The notes beneath the pieces are model-generated. The model was not told the DNA's origin. It saw nothing but the letters and a program-made list of their open reading frames with translations, and searched no databases. Made by a program: the position numbers and the translations under genes. From Eledone cirrhosa (Eukaryota), in assembly GCA_964016885.1 (NCBI GenBank), contig OZ024740.1, positions 354,764,001 to 354,828,000 on the forward strand: 64,000 nt of DNA, in the 5' to 3' direction. Position 1 is the first letter of the stretch. Each line of letters opens with the position of its first letter. Below, piece by piece: positions 13,955-29,953 of the stretch.

Positions 13955-14206
13955 CAGTACTGGGCTGTGGACCATTTGGTACCAGGCCGCTAAGAAGCCC
14001 ATCACTGGTGAAGAGTTGATCCTGCATGCCGTGAAATTTTAGGAGGGGCTGCAGTTAAAAAGGTAGCAATGGTTCCTCTTTCGGCTTGCACTATAACTAG
14101 ACGAATTGAAGAAGTAGCAGATGATGTTGAGGTACAATGGTTAAAAAGGATTAATAAGTCACTTTTCTGTGGAGAAATTGGCACAAAAAGGTTATGGACC
14201 ACTACT
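13955..14206 (+). mobile_element. Short hAT (Buster/Charlie) relic with N-terminal transposase piece
   Basis: GEELIL...VPLSACTITRRIEEVADDVE resembles the Buster IPLSNNTVxRRI motif. TIR-like ggttatggaccacta is followed by ctctagag. Confidence 0.6.
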
Positions 14207-16117
14207 CTAGAGTGCAGAAGAAATTCTCAAATTTTATTAAATTTTATAAATGACATCTCATTTTGCAGAACCTACTTTGGGAAGCTATTCTATGTAATTG
14301 CTGAACCAACTGAAAATAACAGTAAAATCTATTTCAAATAACATCCTACCATATTTATAAAAATATGGGGTAGGGGGCAGTTACATAGATAATATAATTT
14401 GAGATAACCCCAAATGAGATGTTCGTGCATGGAACACCATTTTTATTAGGTCTACTCGATTTGAAAATATTTTACAAGAGTCCTCTCCCTTGAATATGCT
14501 ATCATTCTTCTTTTTTTCATGATGCATTATGTTTGATGGCCGGCAAATATGCAATGAACAATTATAACAGACATGCATGTATGCATTTCTATGTATGTAT
14601 ATTATTATTGTTCCTCAACATATTTTTTCATACACAGTGCCTTGTTAGTAAAGCATTATAACAAATACTTTTCCAGGGACCACTGCATGGAGGTGAGATT
14701 GGCTTGGCCCCCATGCCATCGTTACTGTTTCTAAATAAACATGAAAATGTATCCTAGGAATTCCTTCTTATTCAACATTCTGCTTGTTATATTCAGTTTG
14801 AATAGCTGTAAGTCAAAATATGCAAGAAACATGTAGGGGTGGGCGGGGGTTTTGTCAAGAAAATTCCAGAGGAGTAATATTTCCAGGAAGGAACAATTGG
14901 ACATAACAGCAATAAAAAAAGGCAGATTGATGAGACAAGCTTGTGTTGGACAGTTAATATTTATCCATCAACTAGATAGCTTTCATTTGGTGCAATCTAG
15001 GATTTTTGTATGTATGTGTGTTTAACTGTGGAGCAAACCCACTGTGGGTTTCATTAGAGCATTGTAGCTGTTTAGGTTTTAAAGTATTTTCTGGTTTCAG
15101 TTATTCCTATGTTATTAATGAGATGACCAGAGTGATTCTAAATGCTCTTCTTTTCTCTTTCCAGCCATCTCTCTCAAACTAATTCTTTGACATTTCCCTT
15201 CATTATTCACTTAGTTCACATTCTTATAGATAGAAATGAAGAAAAGTTATTCTCAATCTTTCAAGAGTAGGTAGAAGTTCCTTATAGTTTACCCATGGTT
15301 AATTATAGATATTTCAATATGTGTAATAAGACCACAGGTAGACTAATGAAAAAAGAAGATTTGTATATAGCAGATGCACAGAAGCAGTAAGCAGTAAGAG
15401 CACATAAAATAGATTTGTTTCAAATATTCACTAAATATTTTGAGAGTTGTTACCCCTGTTGATAGCACAGGGTTTTTCACAGATTGTTTTATGCTTTTGT
15501 ATGAAATGTGAGATTAAGGTGGCAAAATGGCAGAACCATTAGAACATCAGATAGAATACTTCACAGTATTTGTTCTGGCTCTCTATGCTCTGAGTTCAAA
15601 TTCCGCAGAGGTCAACTTTGCCTTTCATTCTTTTGAGGTCGATAAATAAAGAATGACTCTATTACTGGAGTAGATTCTTCCTCACATCCTCTCTATCACT
15701 CTAACACCTTCTTTAGAAGAAATTGGCCATGTTTAGGCTTGGAAAGAAGATCAGTTCCACCAGGTTTTAAATACCCAAGAAACACAGTATTTCACTATGG
15801 CACCTCCACAACTCCATTAGGATTTATGGGTCAAGAAGAGAGATGAAATGTGAGGTTTCAAAGACGAGAAAGAAATGAACCTACAATGTTCAACTGGATG
15901 TGTAATGTTAGTGTACATGGAGGATAGAATACAATACAAATGGACTGAAAGAAAAATTGGATATAAGAGGAATTGGATATAGTCTACAAGAGAAACAACC
16001 TCCATCTGTTTCGATGATCATGATAAGTATCACAGTTGTTTAATCAATGGAAAAGCCTACTCATGAAATTATCGAGTAAGTGCCTGAGCATTCCAGAAAT
16101 ACCCTTAACAGCGCAGC

Positions 16118-16432
16118 TCTCATGACTCTCGGAAACATTTTTTCACACCAAGACTTGCTGAAGCATGGAACAAACTACCAGCATCAGTTGTTAACTGTCG
16201 GAACACTGCATCCTTCAAAAATCCATGCTTCCTGAAATTTGTCAACACTACACCTGATATTCCCCCTCCATACACACACAGGCGCATGTATTTGTGAATA
16301 TATCGTGACTCATACACTTTTCACTTTCTTTATATTTGTACATTATTCTATGTACAATACATGCACCTTTGATGAGTTGTAGTGCACCTGAGCACTGTAC
16401 ACAAAAAATTTCATTATTATTATTATTATTAT
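16118..16432 (+). mobile_element. CR1 LINE 3' fragment with (ATT)n tail
   Basis: Reverse-complement similarity to 46845-47260; ends in tcattattattattatt. Confidence 0.8.
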
Positions 16433-16647
16433 TGGCGATGTACGTAGTAAATCGTATTATCGTGAGCTCCGCAAAGGTTTGTTATTTTCAGTTGTTTAAA
16501 ATTGCCATTTATGGAAAAATGTTATTGTTAACTGTATATAAGTGCACATACATTGTTTTCTGAAAAGGACACTCAAAAAGATTGGGGCCTTGAGCCCAAA
16601 ATTTAAACTTTTATAATTATCAAACAAAGATTTTTCTTTGAAAAATC

Positions 16648-18091
16648 ATGGACGACTCAGAGTCACACCTTCCTCACAAACTAACACCTCACACCGACAC
16701 CACCATTGTAAATATTACTACGTTTGCCAACACTAAAAATATAAGGAGTAGCAATATTTTTAATTTGTCTCAGGCAGACATTCATTTCCCGCCATTACCA
16801 ATGGCTGTAGGTGTTAAAGCCGCCACCCCCACCACCACCACAGCGACAACAGAAACAAAAGAAAAAAATAAATTAACTCGTGATATCGAAATGAATTCAA
16901 CCAAAATGAACTCTTCCACACCGAACACCACTGACGCCACCACCACCACAACTGAAACTAAAATTAACAATAACAAAAATAACGATAACAACAACAGCAA
17001 CAATGAAATTAAGAAAACCACCCTGAGTTTTGCCAGAGTAGCAAAAAAGTGCGAAGCATTCCAGGTAACTCAGGAGGAATTATAAGAAGCCAAAATAATG
17101 GTAAAGAAAGATGGGTACAGGGTCAGCCTCAAATCCCCCACCTAATAAAATGGAGCATCGGCGCCTATGAACTGTGTCTTATCGGACGATTAACATAAAA
17201 TCGCGCCGAGTGGAACGAGCATCCGAGTCCCAAATCCAAAAAGCTTTGGGACATGTGTGGGCAAAAAAACCCCACATCAGACGTGGGCAGAAATATCGAA
17301 CCATGGACGTGTTCTTTGAAACACCACAGGAGGCCAGAGAACACTCCATGGCCCCATTAAGAAGTGACGACTTCACACTCGTCCCAAGCTTTTGTGGCCA
17401 GAGACTCGTGAAGATCAGGGTGACCCACGTTCCACCGGCCATCGAAATTCCCTGGCTAATAGCTTCCGTCCTCGCCGGCATCGAAGCCAACACCAAGATA
17501 ATCGAAATAGCGAAAGAAAAGCAGGAGAACTGGTCCAGATCTGGGATGGAGCTCCTGATCCAAGCGGACCAAAAAAGCATTGAGGAGATCCCAGAGGTAA
17601 TAGACCTCACTGACGGCAGCCACCTCACCATAATCGTCGATGGCAGAAGGCCTAGGTGTGTCGTTTGTGGTGAAGGAACCCACCTAAGGGCTTTCTGCCC
17701 TCAGGCTAAAAGGTTGAGGCCACCTCTCTTACCCACCCCAGTGACTCAACCATCAACACCACCAGCAGCAGAAATGGCAGCAACAACTGTAGCAGCAACA
17801 ACAGAAGCAACTGTAACAACAACAACCCCAGCAACAGTAGCAAAACCAACACCACCACCACCCAACGCGCCAGAACTAACACCAGCGCCTACACCATCCA
17901 CCACGCCACAACCAAAACCAACGCCTGTGGAGGATTTTCCACTCCCCAACCTATCGCAACTGGAGACAGATTGTGACGACGAGGAGTGGGAAACGGTATC
18001 AGGAAAAAAGAAAAAAAGAAAAAGAAACCAAAAAAGAAAAAAATCCCCTTCCTTCCCCCTCCAAAAACAAAATACAGAGGGAAACAAATAA
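16648..18091 (+). pseudogene. Tx1-type ORF1 (gag-like, zinc knuckle), disrupted
   Basis: LSFARVAK motif; stop at 17083-17085 and a frameshift near 17140. Then DGRRPRCVVCGEGTHLRAFCP (CX2CX4HX4C), a P/T-rich linker and WETVSGKKKKRK. Confidence 0.8.
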
Positions 18092-18614
18092 ACTATCAAA
18101 CAAAAAAGTTAGGACAACTATGCCACCATCCACACCAGCATCACCAACCCCATCACCACAAACACCAACACCATCATTATCATTAACCCCAACACCACCA
18201 TACCAACACCACAAAAGTCACCAAAAAGCGAAACAGAAACAAACCCACAACAAACGCAAACAAAACAAAACAACCAAAACGATACACACTACACAGCATT
18301 AAATTTGAACAACAACCAATTATTACACTACATCCAACACAACACCAGCATCACAGAAAAAGACTACACAACAACCCAAAAGTTCACACCACCTCCACAC
18401 ATACAAATCACTCACACCACACAGAAAACGTACACGACACTAAAACAAAAATTCCCCAAAGACATCGGAGACTTCCGACAAGCACTCTCCAGGGGGATTT
18501 TTAAGGACATCCTTCCTGAGGAGGCCACAAGCAGTGAAAAGGATGGTGAAACAGTCCTTCCTCTACGAGAAGTAAGGTAAGTGGTCTTTCCCATCTTTTC
18601 CACTCCATTTCAAC

Positions 18615-20595
18615 ATGACCTCACTCAGAATAGGCAGCATAAATGTGCGTGGCTTGGGGTCATCATGGAAGCAGGGCCACCTGCTCAACGACCTCAGGTC
18701 ACTAAACATAGATGTAGTGGCCATCAGCGAGACCAGAATCTCCGAAGCACGGGCCTTCACACCGATCTTCGGCAGCTACAATGTGTACGCATCTCCCAGC
18801 CGTCCTGGATCGGTGGGAGGAGTTGCTGCGCTTTTTCGGAGAGGTTTGGATCTCGCCATACGGGCCATCTTCCTGGACCTAGAAGGTAAGTTGGTGGTGC
18901 TGGACATGACCAGCGGAGACGGGCAAGCTTTCAGGCTAGTGGCCGTCTATCCCCCGACAGGAGCAGGGCGGCTTGATTTCTTCCGGCGTCTGGAGACTTT
19001 TCTTGGAACGTCCCGCTCTTTAGTGTTAGTGGGCGACTGGAACGGGATCTTAGATGCACGCTGGGACTGTGTATGATTAGTGGATAGGGGAGGAGGATGC
19101 AAGAGCCTCACCAACCTGCTCAGGCGTTTTGAACTGTCTGACAGGTACCGATTGGATTTCTCGAATGTGCCAATGTGGACTTGAACAAATCACATAGGGT
19201 CATCCAGATCATATCTAGATAGAGTATTTTGTAGGGAAATAGATAGGTCTAGCATAGGCTGTCCACAATTCAAGATAGTCAGCTACACGGACCACAAATT
19301 TGTGATCTGTGTGCTTGACTTAGATAGGCTTCATAGACGAGGACCCGGCTACTGGAAGCTAAACGCGTCTTTACCAGCGCGCAAGGCCTACAGAGACCGG
19401 ATTAGCAAACTAGTTAAGCGGGCATTGACGGGGGCCATTGTCAACAACAAGTGGTGGTTTGCTCTGAAAAGAGCAATTAGAATAGAGTCCATTAGGTTTA
19501 GTAAGGCTTTAGCAATAGAGAAAAATAGAGCAGAGGGAGAACTAGTTAGAAAATTAGACGAGGCGCTTAGCAAAGGCATTGCGACCGACGTACTTGCGGC
19601 GAAATTTGCCCTTGACCATTTCTTCAATGCAAAGCACGAAGGCTGCGTTGTCAGAGCTAGGGTGCATGCTCTCAGACACGAGGGGACGAAAGCCGTTCAA
19701 TGGGCCCGAGTGGTGGAGGCGCATCATGGCAACAAAGCCATGATCCAGTCTTTGGTGGACCACGACGGGTGCATGCTACTCGATCCCGGGCAAATGTGTG
19801 AAGCTTTCCAGCGACACTTCACCCAGCTGTTCGGGGGCAGCGGTGGGCCGGGTCGAGGGATGGACTTTAGTGTCTACCTCGACGGACTGCCGCGGCTCTC
19901 AGCCACTGAGGCGGAGTGTTGCGAAAAGCCAATAACAGCCGCTGAAGTACGGGAGGCAATGACTGGCTGCACAAGGGGTAAATCGCCTGGTTTGGATGGT
20001 CTGCTCTATGAACTTTATGTACAGATGCCAGACTTGTTCGGAGGCCTCTTGGCGGACGTCTACTGCAACTGGCAACAGAACGGGAGAATTCCCAGCTCTG
20101 TGAGCTGAGGAGCTGTGGCGCTGCTGAGAAAGGATCCGAACAAGGGGGATAACATAGATAATTTCAGGCCCGTAACTCAGAGTTCAAGATTTTGGCCAAG
20201 GTGCTAGCAAAGAGGTTGGCGCTTGTCGTTGGTGGTCTGGTGGGAGAGGCGCAGATGTGCGCCATTCCCGACAGATCCATCCACGACAACCTCCACCTCA
20301 TGCGATACATCGTAGAGAGGGTAGCTAGGGAACCTGGCACGGGTGGGTCCTTGATCAATTTAGATCAGTCGAAAGCTTTCGATAGGGTCGACCATCGTTA
20401 CCTAGCAGCAATCCTGAGGGTGGCTGGCTTTGGGCCCGTCTTCAGAGGCTGGATCACTGCTATCTCTTCGGAAGAAATTTCGGGCCGGGGCCTATGGACA
20501 ACTTCCAGAAATCCCTGGCCTGGCAGTGCTACCGAGGAGCTTTGCCAGTTCGGGATAAACTCTACAGGCATGGAGGTGCCGTCAGCCAGGCATAT
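18615..20595 (+). pseudogene. Tx1-type ORF2 (APE endonuclease + RT), disrupted
   Basis: Motifs SINVRGL, AISET, LVAVY, GDWN, SYLDR, TDH, GPGYWKLNASL, KSPGLDGL, LDQSKAFDRVDH. In-frame stops at 19074 and 20106; frameshift near 20175; jump near 20460 to LAWQCYRGALPVRDKL. Confidence 0.88.
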
Positions 20596-20633
20596 ATTAC
20601 TGGGTAATATATATATATATATATATCTACATC

Positions 20634-20712
<79 letters not shown>

Positions 20713-20819
20713 GCCGAGGTTAACTTTGCCTTTCATCCTTACGGGGTTGATAAAATAAAGTACCAGTAATGTACTGGGTAATTGATGGCCTTGTGCCAAA
20801 AGTAGAAACAATTATTTAA

Positions 20820-23814
<2,995 letters not shown>

Positions 23815-24049
23815 CATCATTTATCATTTCATTTTACGTCCGCTTTTTCCCTGCTTGCAAGGGTGGGGCGGGAACTGATTCTAGCTTGATTTCTACAGCT
23901 GGATGCCTTTCCTAACACCAACCTCATTTACAGTGAGTGCTGGGTGCTTTTTTGCCGTGGTACCTGCACGACCACTTTGCAGTGGAATGATATGGATCCC
24001 AGTCCCTATCATCTCATTTCTACAGCTGAGTAAACTGGAGCAATGTGAA

Positions 24050-24053
<4 letters not shown>
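23815..24053 (-). mobile_element. 3' part of composite CORE-SINE with RTE-like tail
   Basis: Nearly the reverse complement of 35250-35485. Confidence 0.75.
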
Positions 24054-24095
<42 letters not shown>

Positions 24096-25392
24096 GAGCA
24101 AATTTTGCTTGACTGTTAACTGTTTATTGATTGTTTGTTAATTAGGCAGGAATATACCATTATGTCTTTGTTAATCCTATATTAATAATTTTATAATAAT
24201 TTTTTGATAGTACATTATTAGATTACTGAAGCTACCTTATACCTTCTTAAAAATACATTTTATAATTATTGTCTTTTTGCTTATATATTTTCTTACTTAT
24301 CATTTTCTTTAATCTTGCCCAACTTGATAAGCTCTTTGAATTGCTCTCTAATTAGATTACTTAAATTACTTAAATTACTTTATCTATTATACCTAAGTTG
24401 TATCTGTTGAAGCAGCCCTTTGAAAATCCCTCGGATCTCCCAAATCCCGTAATTTTTAACTTTTAATTTGTAATTTTCCTCAATTCATTTATACATATCT
24501 TTAAAGGCTCTCTAAAATTTTAATTCTTTGAAGGGTCTTTCGGAAGAGGTTCTTATTAAAAATATTAAAGGGGCCTCTTCTGAGGGATTTTTTGAAGGCT
24601 TTATGAATTAACCTTTAATTGATTAGTTTCTTTCAACTATTTATTTCTTAATTTTTAAAATTAAATTTAATGTTCAACTCCTTAATCGTTAATTTTTAAT
24701 CATGGATATATAAGATTGCTTAATCTTAAATTCATTAAATTTTTTAATTTCAGGGTTTTGAATTCTTAAAATTCAAATCCTAACTTAAATCTTAATATTT
24801 ATATTATGTACTCCCTAAATCATTAACTTTATTAACATGTTAAATTTTATTGAAAGTTCTTTTCCCTAATTTTTAATTTTTAATTTTTAATTTCTGAGTT
24901 TAGAACTGTAGTAGGAATTATCAAAACTTCGTAAATTTTCTGAAATTTTTTAACGAGATCTCTTAGAAAATTTTTTTTTCTTTTGAAGGAATTTTTTAGG
25001 AAACTTTATATTTTTATTTTTTTATTTTTTTATTTTTTTAGTCTCTTAATCTCTTCTGGTTTGTTAGGTTTATTGGGGCTTATAAGCTTTGTGCACTTAT
25101 TGAGGGATGTTTTAAGGTGCTTCTACGAGATCCCAAGTCTTTTACTTTTAATGCGTAACTTATAAATTCTCTAATTTTTAACCTTCAATCCCTAACTCTT
25201 AGGCCCTTTTCAAATTCTCTTAACTCCCTATAACCCATCCCTTTTACAACTCCTACAACTAATATAAAAGAGCCCCCTTAGAATATAGACCCCAAATATA
25301 CAAGCGGAGCTGTTGATGTATACCACAATTTCAAACTGCTAATCTTGAGTGAAACGTTGATGTAAATAATGAACTTATAATCACCTGTTATA

Positions 25393-25439
25393 TGCCTTGA
25401 AAAGTCCCACCATATGTTCAGACGAAACGGCTGTCGGCA
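25393..25439 (+). ncRNA. Variant minimal type I hammerhead ribozyme motif (Penelope-like element end)
   Basis: tgcc-TTGAAAA-gtc[14 nt]gac-GAAAC-ggct-GTC-ggca. Stems I, II and III pair, but the core is UUGAAAA rather than CUGANGA. AATAAA follows directly. Confidence 0.55.
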
Positions 25440-25591
25440 ATAAACTTGTTATAATGTCATAATAGTTCCTTTGTTCATTTTCATTAATATATATGTATAT
25501 ATATATATATGTATACATGTATGTATATATAAATGTATATATATTTATGTATAAATATATATATAAATATATATATATATATGTATATATA

Positions 25592-25624
<33 letters not shown>

Positions 25625-25627
<3 letters not shown>

Positions 25628-25950
25628 GAGAGTAAAACAAAGAATCCTTTAATACATCAAAAGTTTTTATTAGCCGACAATGTTTCGTCCTATTAAGGAC
25701 TCATCAGGGCAATCAAAACAACAAGAGGTAATTTCGGCAGATACAAGCCAGAAACTCTGAAGAATATGGAGTGTACATACACTAATGTCTTGCAAAGATA
25801 TACGATAATAAAAATGAAAATAAAGATAAAAATAATAAAATTATAATAACTAAGGATGTAGATAACATTAAGAACCATATTACAAATATGGTCCAAAGCT
25901 ATAATACGAAGAGGGTGTTTGACTCAAACACGCTCCAGTATTCTAATCCT
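25625..25950 (-). mobile_element. Penelope-like element 3'/pLTR fragment inside a (TA)n array
   Basis: Carries the hammerhead and a polyA signal; bounded by TA microsatellites. No ORF recognised. Confidence 0.6.
25673..25710 (-). ncRNA. Canonical minimal type I hammerhead ribozyme (Penelope-like element pLTR)
   Basis: Minus strand reads gcc-CTGATGA-gtcc-ttaata-ggac-GAAAC-att-GTC-ggc. Full consensus core, GUC cleavage triplet, AATAAA just downstream. Confidence 0.85.
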
Positions 25951-26211
25951 TATATATATATATATACATATATATAAATGCATATATATATATATATATA
26001 TACATTTATATATATAATGTCATAATAGTTCCTTTGTTCATTTTCATTAATATATATATATATATATATATATATCAGTCGTAACTCCAGGTAGAAGGAG
26101 CAACATGAATAAAGTGTCTTGTGCAAGGATATAATGCATTGCCCGGTCCAAGAATCGAACTCACAACCTCACGATTGTGAATCCAATTCTCTTACCACTC
26201 AGCCACATGCC

Positions 26212-26252
<41 letters not shown>

Positions 26253-26354
26253 ATATGGAGTTACGACTGATAGAGAGTATTAGCAATTGGAAAGACCAAC
26301 AGAAAACATTGTTTCCTCGATCCAATTTGATAAAGGTCAATCGACTGTCTATAT

Positions 26355-27000
26355 ATATATATAGGGCGGGTAAAATTCCTGAGATCCATGGACGAGTTCT
26401 CTCCAGCGGTCTCTGTCCCTTATTATCACTGCCATGTGCTGCGTCTCCAACAGACCAGTGTCTGTCCTTAGGGCATCAACATATGTTAACCTTGGTCTTC
26501 CTCTTCCAGTGTGTCCATGTAGGGGCTCCCACAGGAGCACTGAGTGCAGTGTCAACTCTGGATGTCGGTGAGCATGTCCAGCTAACCTCAGTCTCCTCTG
26601 TTTCACTTTTGAGCTGACTTTTGGGAGGCTCCCATACAGCTCTGAGTTTTTCATCCTCAGTGTATACTGATTAATGTTCAGAGCCATCCTCAGCATTCTT
26701 GTGTAGCACCCATCCACCATCTGAGTGAGTTTTGTTGGTCAGTGTCCAAGTCTCAGACCCGTACCACAGCACAGACTCCACTACAGCAATGAAGAGGTGG
26801 ATCTTCAGGTCTTTACGAAGGTCCGACTTCCACACCAATCTCAAGCTGTGGCACGCCGCCTAGGCTTTGCTCTTCCTCTCGACCACATCATCTTCCATAT
26901 TCCCAATCTTTGCTCCCAAATACAGGAAGTCCTTAACCAATTCTAGCGGCTTCCCGCCTACATTAGTAATCCCCTCTCGCTTCTCAACATTCTCTACCAG
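26355..27000 (-). mobile_element. RTE-like LINE 3' fragment (second family)
   Basis: Motifs LELVKDFLYLG, VDGCYTRMLRMALNI, RRLRLAGHAHRH and GRGRPRLTYVD. Confidence 0.85.
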
Positions 27001-27009
27001 ATATATATA

Positions 27010-27770
27010 TATCATCATCATCATTATCATCACCGTCTTACGTCCGTTCTTCCACGTTAGCATGGGTTAGACGAGTTGTCCTGTTGTGGGCAGTGTCCTG
27101 TCAGCTGACCTAGTCCTGCTCATACGGGAACTGATTCTGGCTTGATTTCTACAGCTGGATGCCCTTCCTAACACCAACCTCATTTACAGTGAGTGTTGGG
27201 TGCTTTTTTTCCGTGGCGCCTACACGTCCACTTTACAGTGTGGGCTGGGTGCTTTTTTGCCGTGGCACCTCCACGACTACTTCGCAGTGGGAGGGGGTGG
27301 GGGAATATTGTCTATATGCTTCAGCTTCGGCTTGTACCCGTGGGAAGTCAGGTCTTCTGTATTACTGTGTGACACCAGAGGTCACGGTCATGTGAGAGGT
27401 GCAATTGGGTAAGGTCAGCTTTGATCACCTCATCCCTTCAGTATCTCAGCAGCTATACCCGATGGACCGGTTGCCGTCCCAGCCTTCATATCTTTGATTG
27501 CCTTACTTACTACGCTGCTGCTGACTTGTACTGCTGGCCCCTCCCTCTATAGGGTCTACTTGGGGTAGAGTCTCTTTTTCCCATGCATTCTCCTCATTTA
27601 GTAATCTTTCGTAATGCCTCTTCCACGCATCTTTCTTCTCAGCACTTGTGAGGACAAGCTCGCCTTTATTATTCCAGATACACTTCTCTCCAATGACATC
27701 ACAATTCTCTCTGACACACTGCCTCGCAATCTTGAACACCTCCTGTTTCTGGTCCTCACGTTGCAAAGAG
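27010..27770 (-). mobile_element. RTE LINE fragment related to 20820-23695, with internal deletion and (GAT)n tail
   Basis: EVFKIARQCVRENCDVIGEKC...WKRHYERLLNEEN joined to the 3' UTR. Confidence 0.8.
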
Positions 27771-27774
27771 GACT

Positions 27775-28763
27775 GTGTTCAGATGCAGAAAAACCGTCTG
27801 CACAAATATGTGTCTGAGAGTAGGGAGCCAATACTCAAAGTTGTACTGAAAAAGAAGACAATAGACCAGGGGATGTCCAAGGAGGAAATAACAACAAGGA
27901 GGAAGAGTAACTTTCATTAAAAAAATCCCTTCATAGCACCTTCTTTAAGAAAACGGAATTTAGAGATCGACAGACATGGAGCTGGTTAAAAAGAGGAGAC
28001 CTTAAAAAAGCTACAGAAGGAATGTTAATGGCTGCACAAGAACAAGCCCTCAGAACGAAGTGGATGAAACACCATATTGACAAGGAGGAGGCTAGCTCAC
28101 TGTGTAGGATTTGTGGAGAGAGAGAGGAGACTGTGGCTCACATCGTATCCCAGTGTAAACACTTAACCCAGACTCACTATAAAGGCTACAGACATGATAT
28201 GATAGGAAAGGTGATTCACTGGCATTTATGCAAATTAAACAATTTACCACATTCTCAGAAGTGATATGAGCATAAGCCAGAGTTGGTGATAGAAACGATC
28301 AAGTGAGGGTGCTATGGGATTTCAGGATACAGACAGACAAGACATTAAAACACAATAGGCCTGACCTGTTGGTTTTTTACAAGGAAAAAAGATCGAGCTT
28401 GATTGTAGATGTAACCTGCCCCTTTGGCACAAGAATGCAAGAAAAGGAGGAGAAAATTAACCGATACCAAGATTTAAAGTGGGAGTTAAAAAGGATTTGG
28501 GACTGTCTCGAGATCAAGGCCGTTCCAATTGTCAAAGGAGCACTAGGTACTATCTCAAAGAGTTTTCAAGGATGGTTAACAAACATTAGTCCATCCCCCT
28601 TTTTTGGAACACTTCAAAAGGCATGCTTGCTGGGAACAGCAAGAACCCTCTGATATGCCCTGAATATCTGAGGCTGCAGGTAGCGGCTTAATGTTCATTT
28701 GAACAAACTTTCCTGTTAAATAACATCAATGACTGAGACTCCAAGAATTATAATTATAATAAT
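27775..28763 (+). mobile_element. R4/Dong-like LINE 3' fragment (CCHC + restriction-like endonuclease)
   Basis: Motifs AAQEQAL, CRICGEREETVAHIVSQC, RHD, WDFRIQTD..NRPDL, IVDVTCP, VPIVKGALG; (AAT)-rich tail. Confidence 0.85.
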
Positions 28764-29112
28764 GTTTCTACTTTTGGCACAAGGCCAGCAATTACTGGTG
28801 CTTTATTTTATCGACCCTGTAAGGATGAAAGGCAAAGTTAACTTTAGCGGATTTGAACTCAGAACGTAAAGGGCCATAACCCTATGCTACAAAGCATGGT
28901 GTCTGAGGCTCTACCTTTTTTTTCGAAAGTCAATTAAATCGAGCCCAGTACATTACTAGTACTTTATTTTATCAATGAAAAGGATTAGAAGCAAAGCTAG
29001 CCTCGACGGAATTTGAAATCAAAATGTAAAGGGCTGTAACTATATGCCGCAAAGCATAATGTCTGGCGCTTTAATGATACTGCCAATCCTACCTTACATG
29101 CTCCTATGGTAC

Positions 29113-29918
29113 TATAACGGAATACTCCTATATTTTATCATTGTATATATATGACTGCATAGGCACAGTTTTTTTAAACTGTATTACATGCCTGCATACG
29201 TACACACATTTCTTTGTCACACACCAACATGTTGTTGTCTATAGTGTATGTTCTTGATCCGTGTGGGTACTCTGCGAGATCGTTTTTCATATGTTCTTCA
29301 TTCGTGTTGGTATTCTGTGAGATTCCTTTTCACTTGGTTGAGGTACGGAAACATGCTATCGACACATGCAACTTAATTCACCTGGACAACAAGACTGCAA
29401 CACGAATATTGCTAATCTCAGCTGAATTCACTCAGCTCTGCATCTCATTGCACACTCATCCTCATATAGCATAAAAACCTCAATCTTGCCACTTTACCCG
29501 ACTCACTGGGAAAGCACTCATGGAACTGGACCTACCATCAGTTCTCACCGTTTCTCCAACGGACTCGCCAACAACTTCCCCCACTCACTGGGAAAGTATC
29601 ATATGAATTACACATTGAGAGTGACCCCGCACGCCAAGACATACCTATATTAGCCTCACACACACCTAGATCGTTCGATCATCAGCTTTCTCACTAGAAG
29701 GGGGGGGGGGGTACTATAACGGAATACTCTGAGGACTGAGGGAACAAGAAGAGGAGAATCGAAGCAGTAGTCAAGAAGATAACTATGTGGTGTCAGTAGA
29801 CCTTTCACCCTATCTTTGTCCTGGCCCTTACTGGCTTACCTTCTCAGCCAGACAGCCAGCCATGCCTGCCTGACAGATTGACCATTACTACTATGAGAAT
29901 AAGATAAACTAAGAATAG

Positions 29919-29953
<35 letters not shown>

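Larger units (their letters stand above)
16434..20605 (+). mobile_element. L1/Tx1-clade LINE with 5' end retained, internally deleted and 3' truncated
   Basis: ORF1 with a CCHC knuckle plus ORF2 with APE endonuclease and RT motifs. CpG-rich relative to the flanks. The 5' boundary is approximate. Confidence 0.85.
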
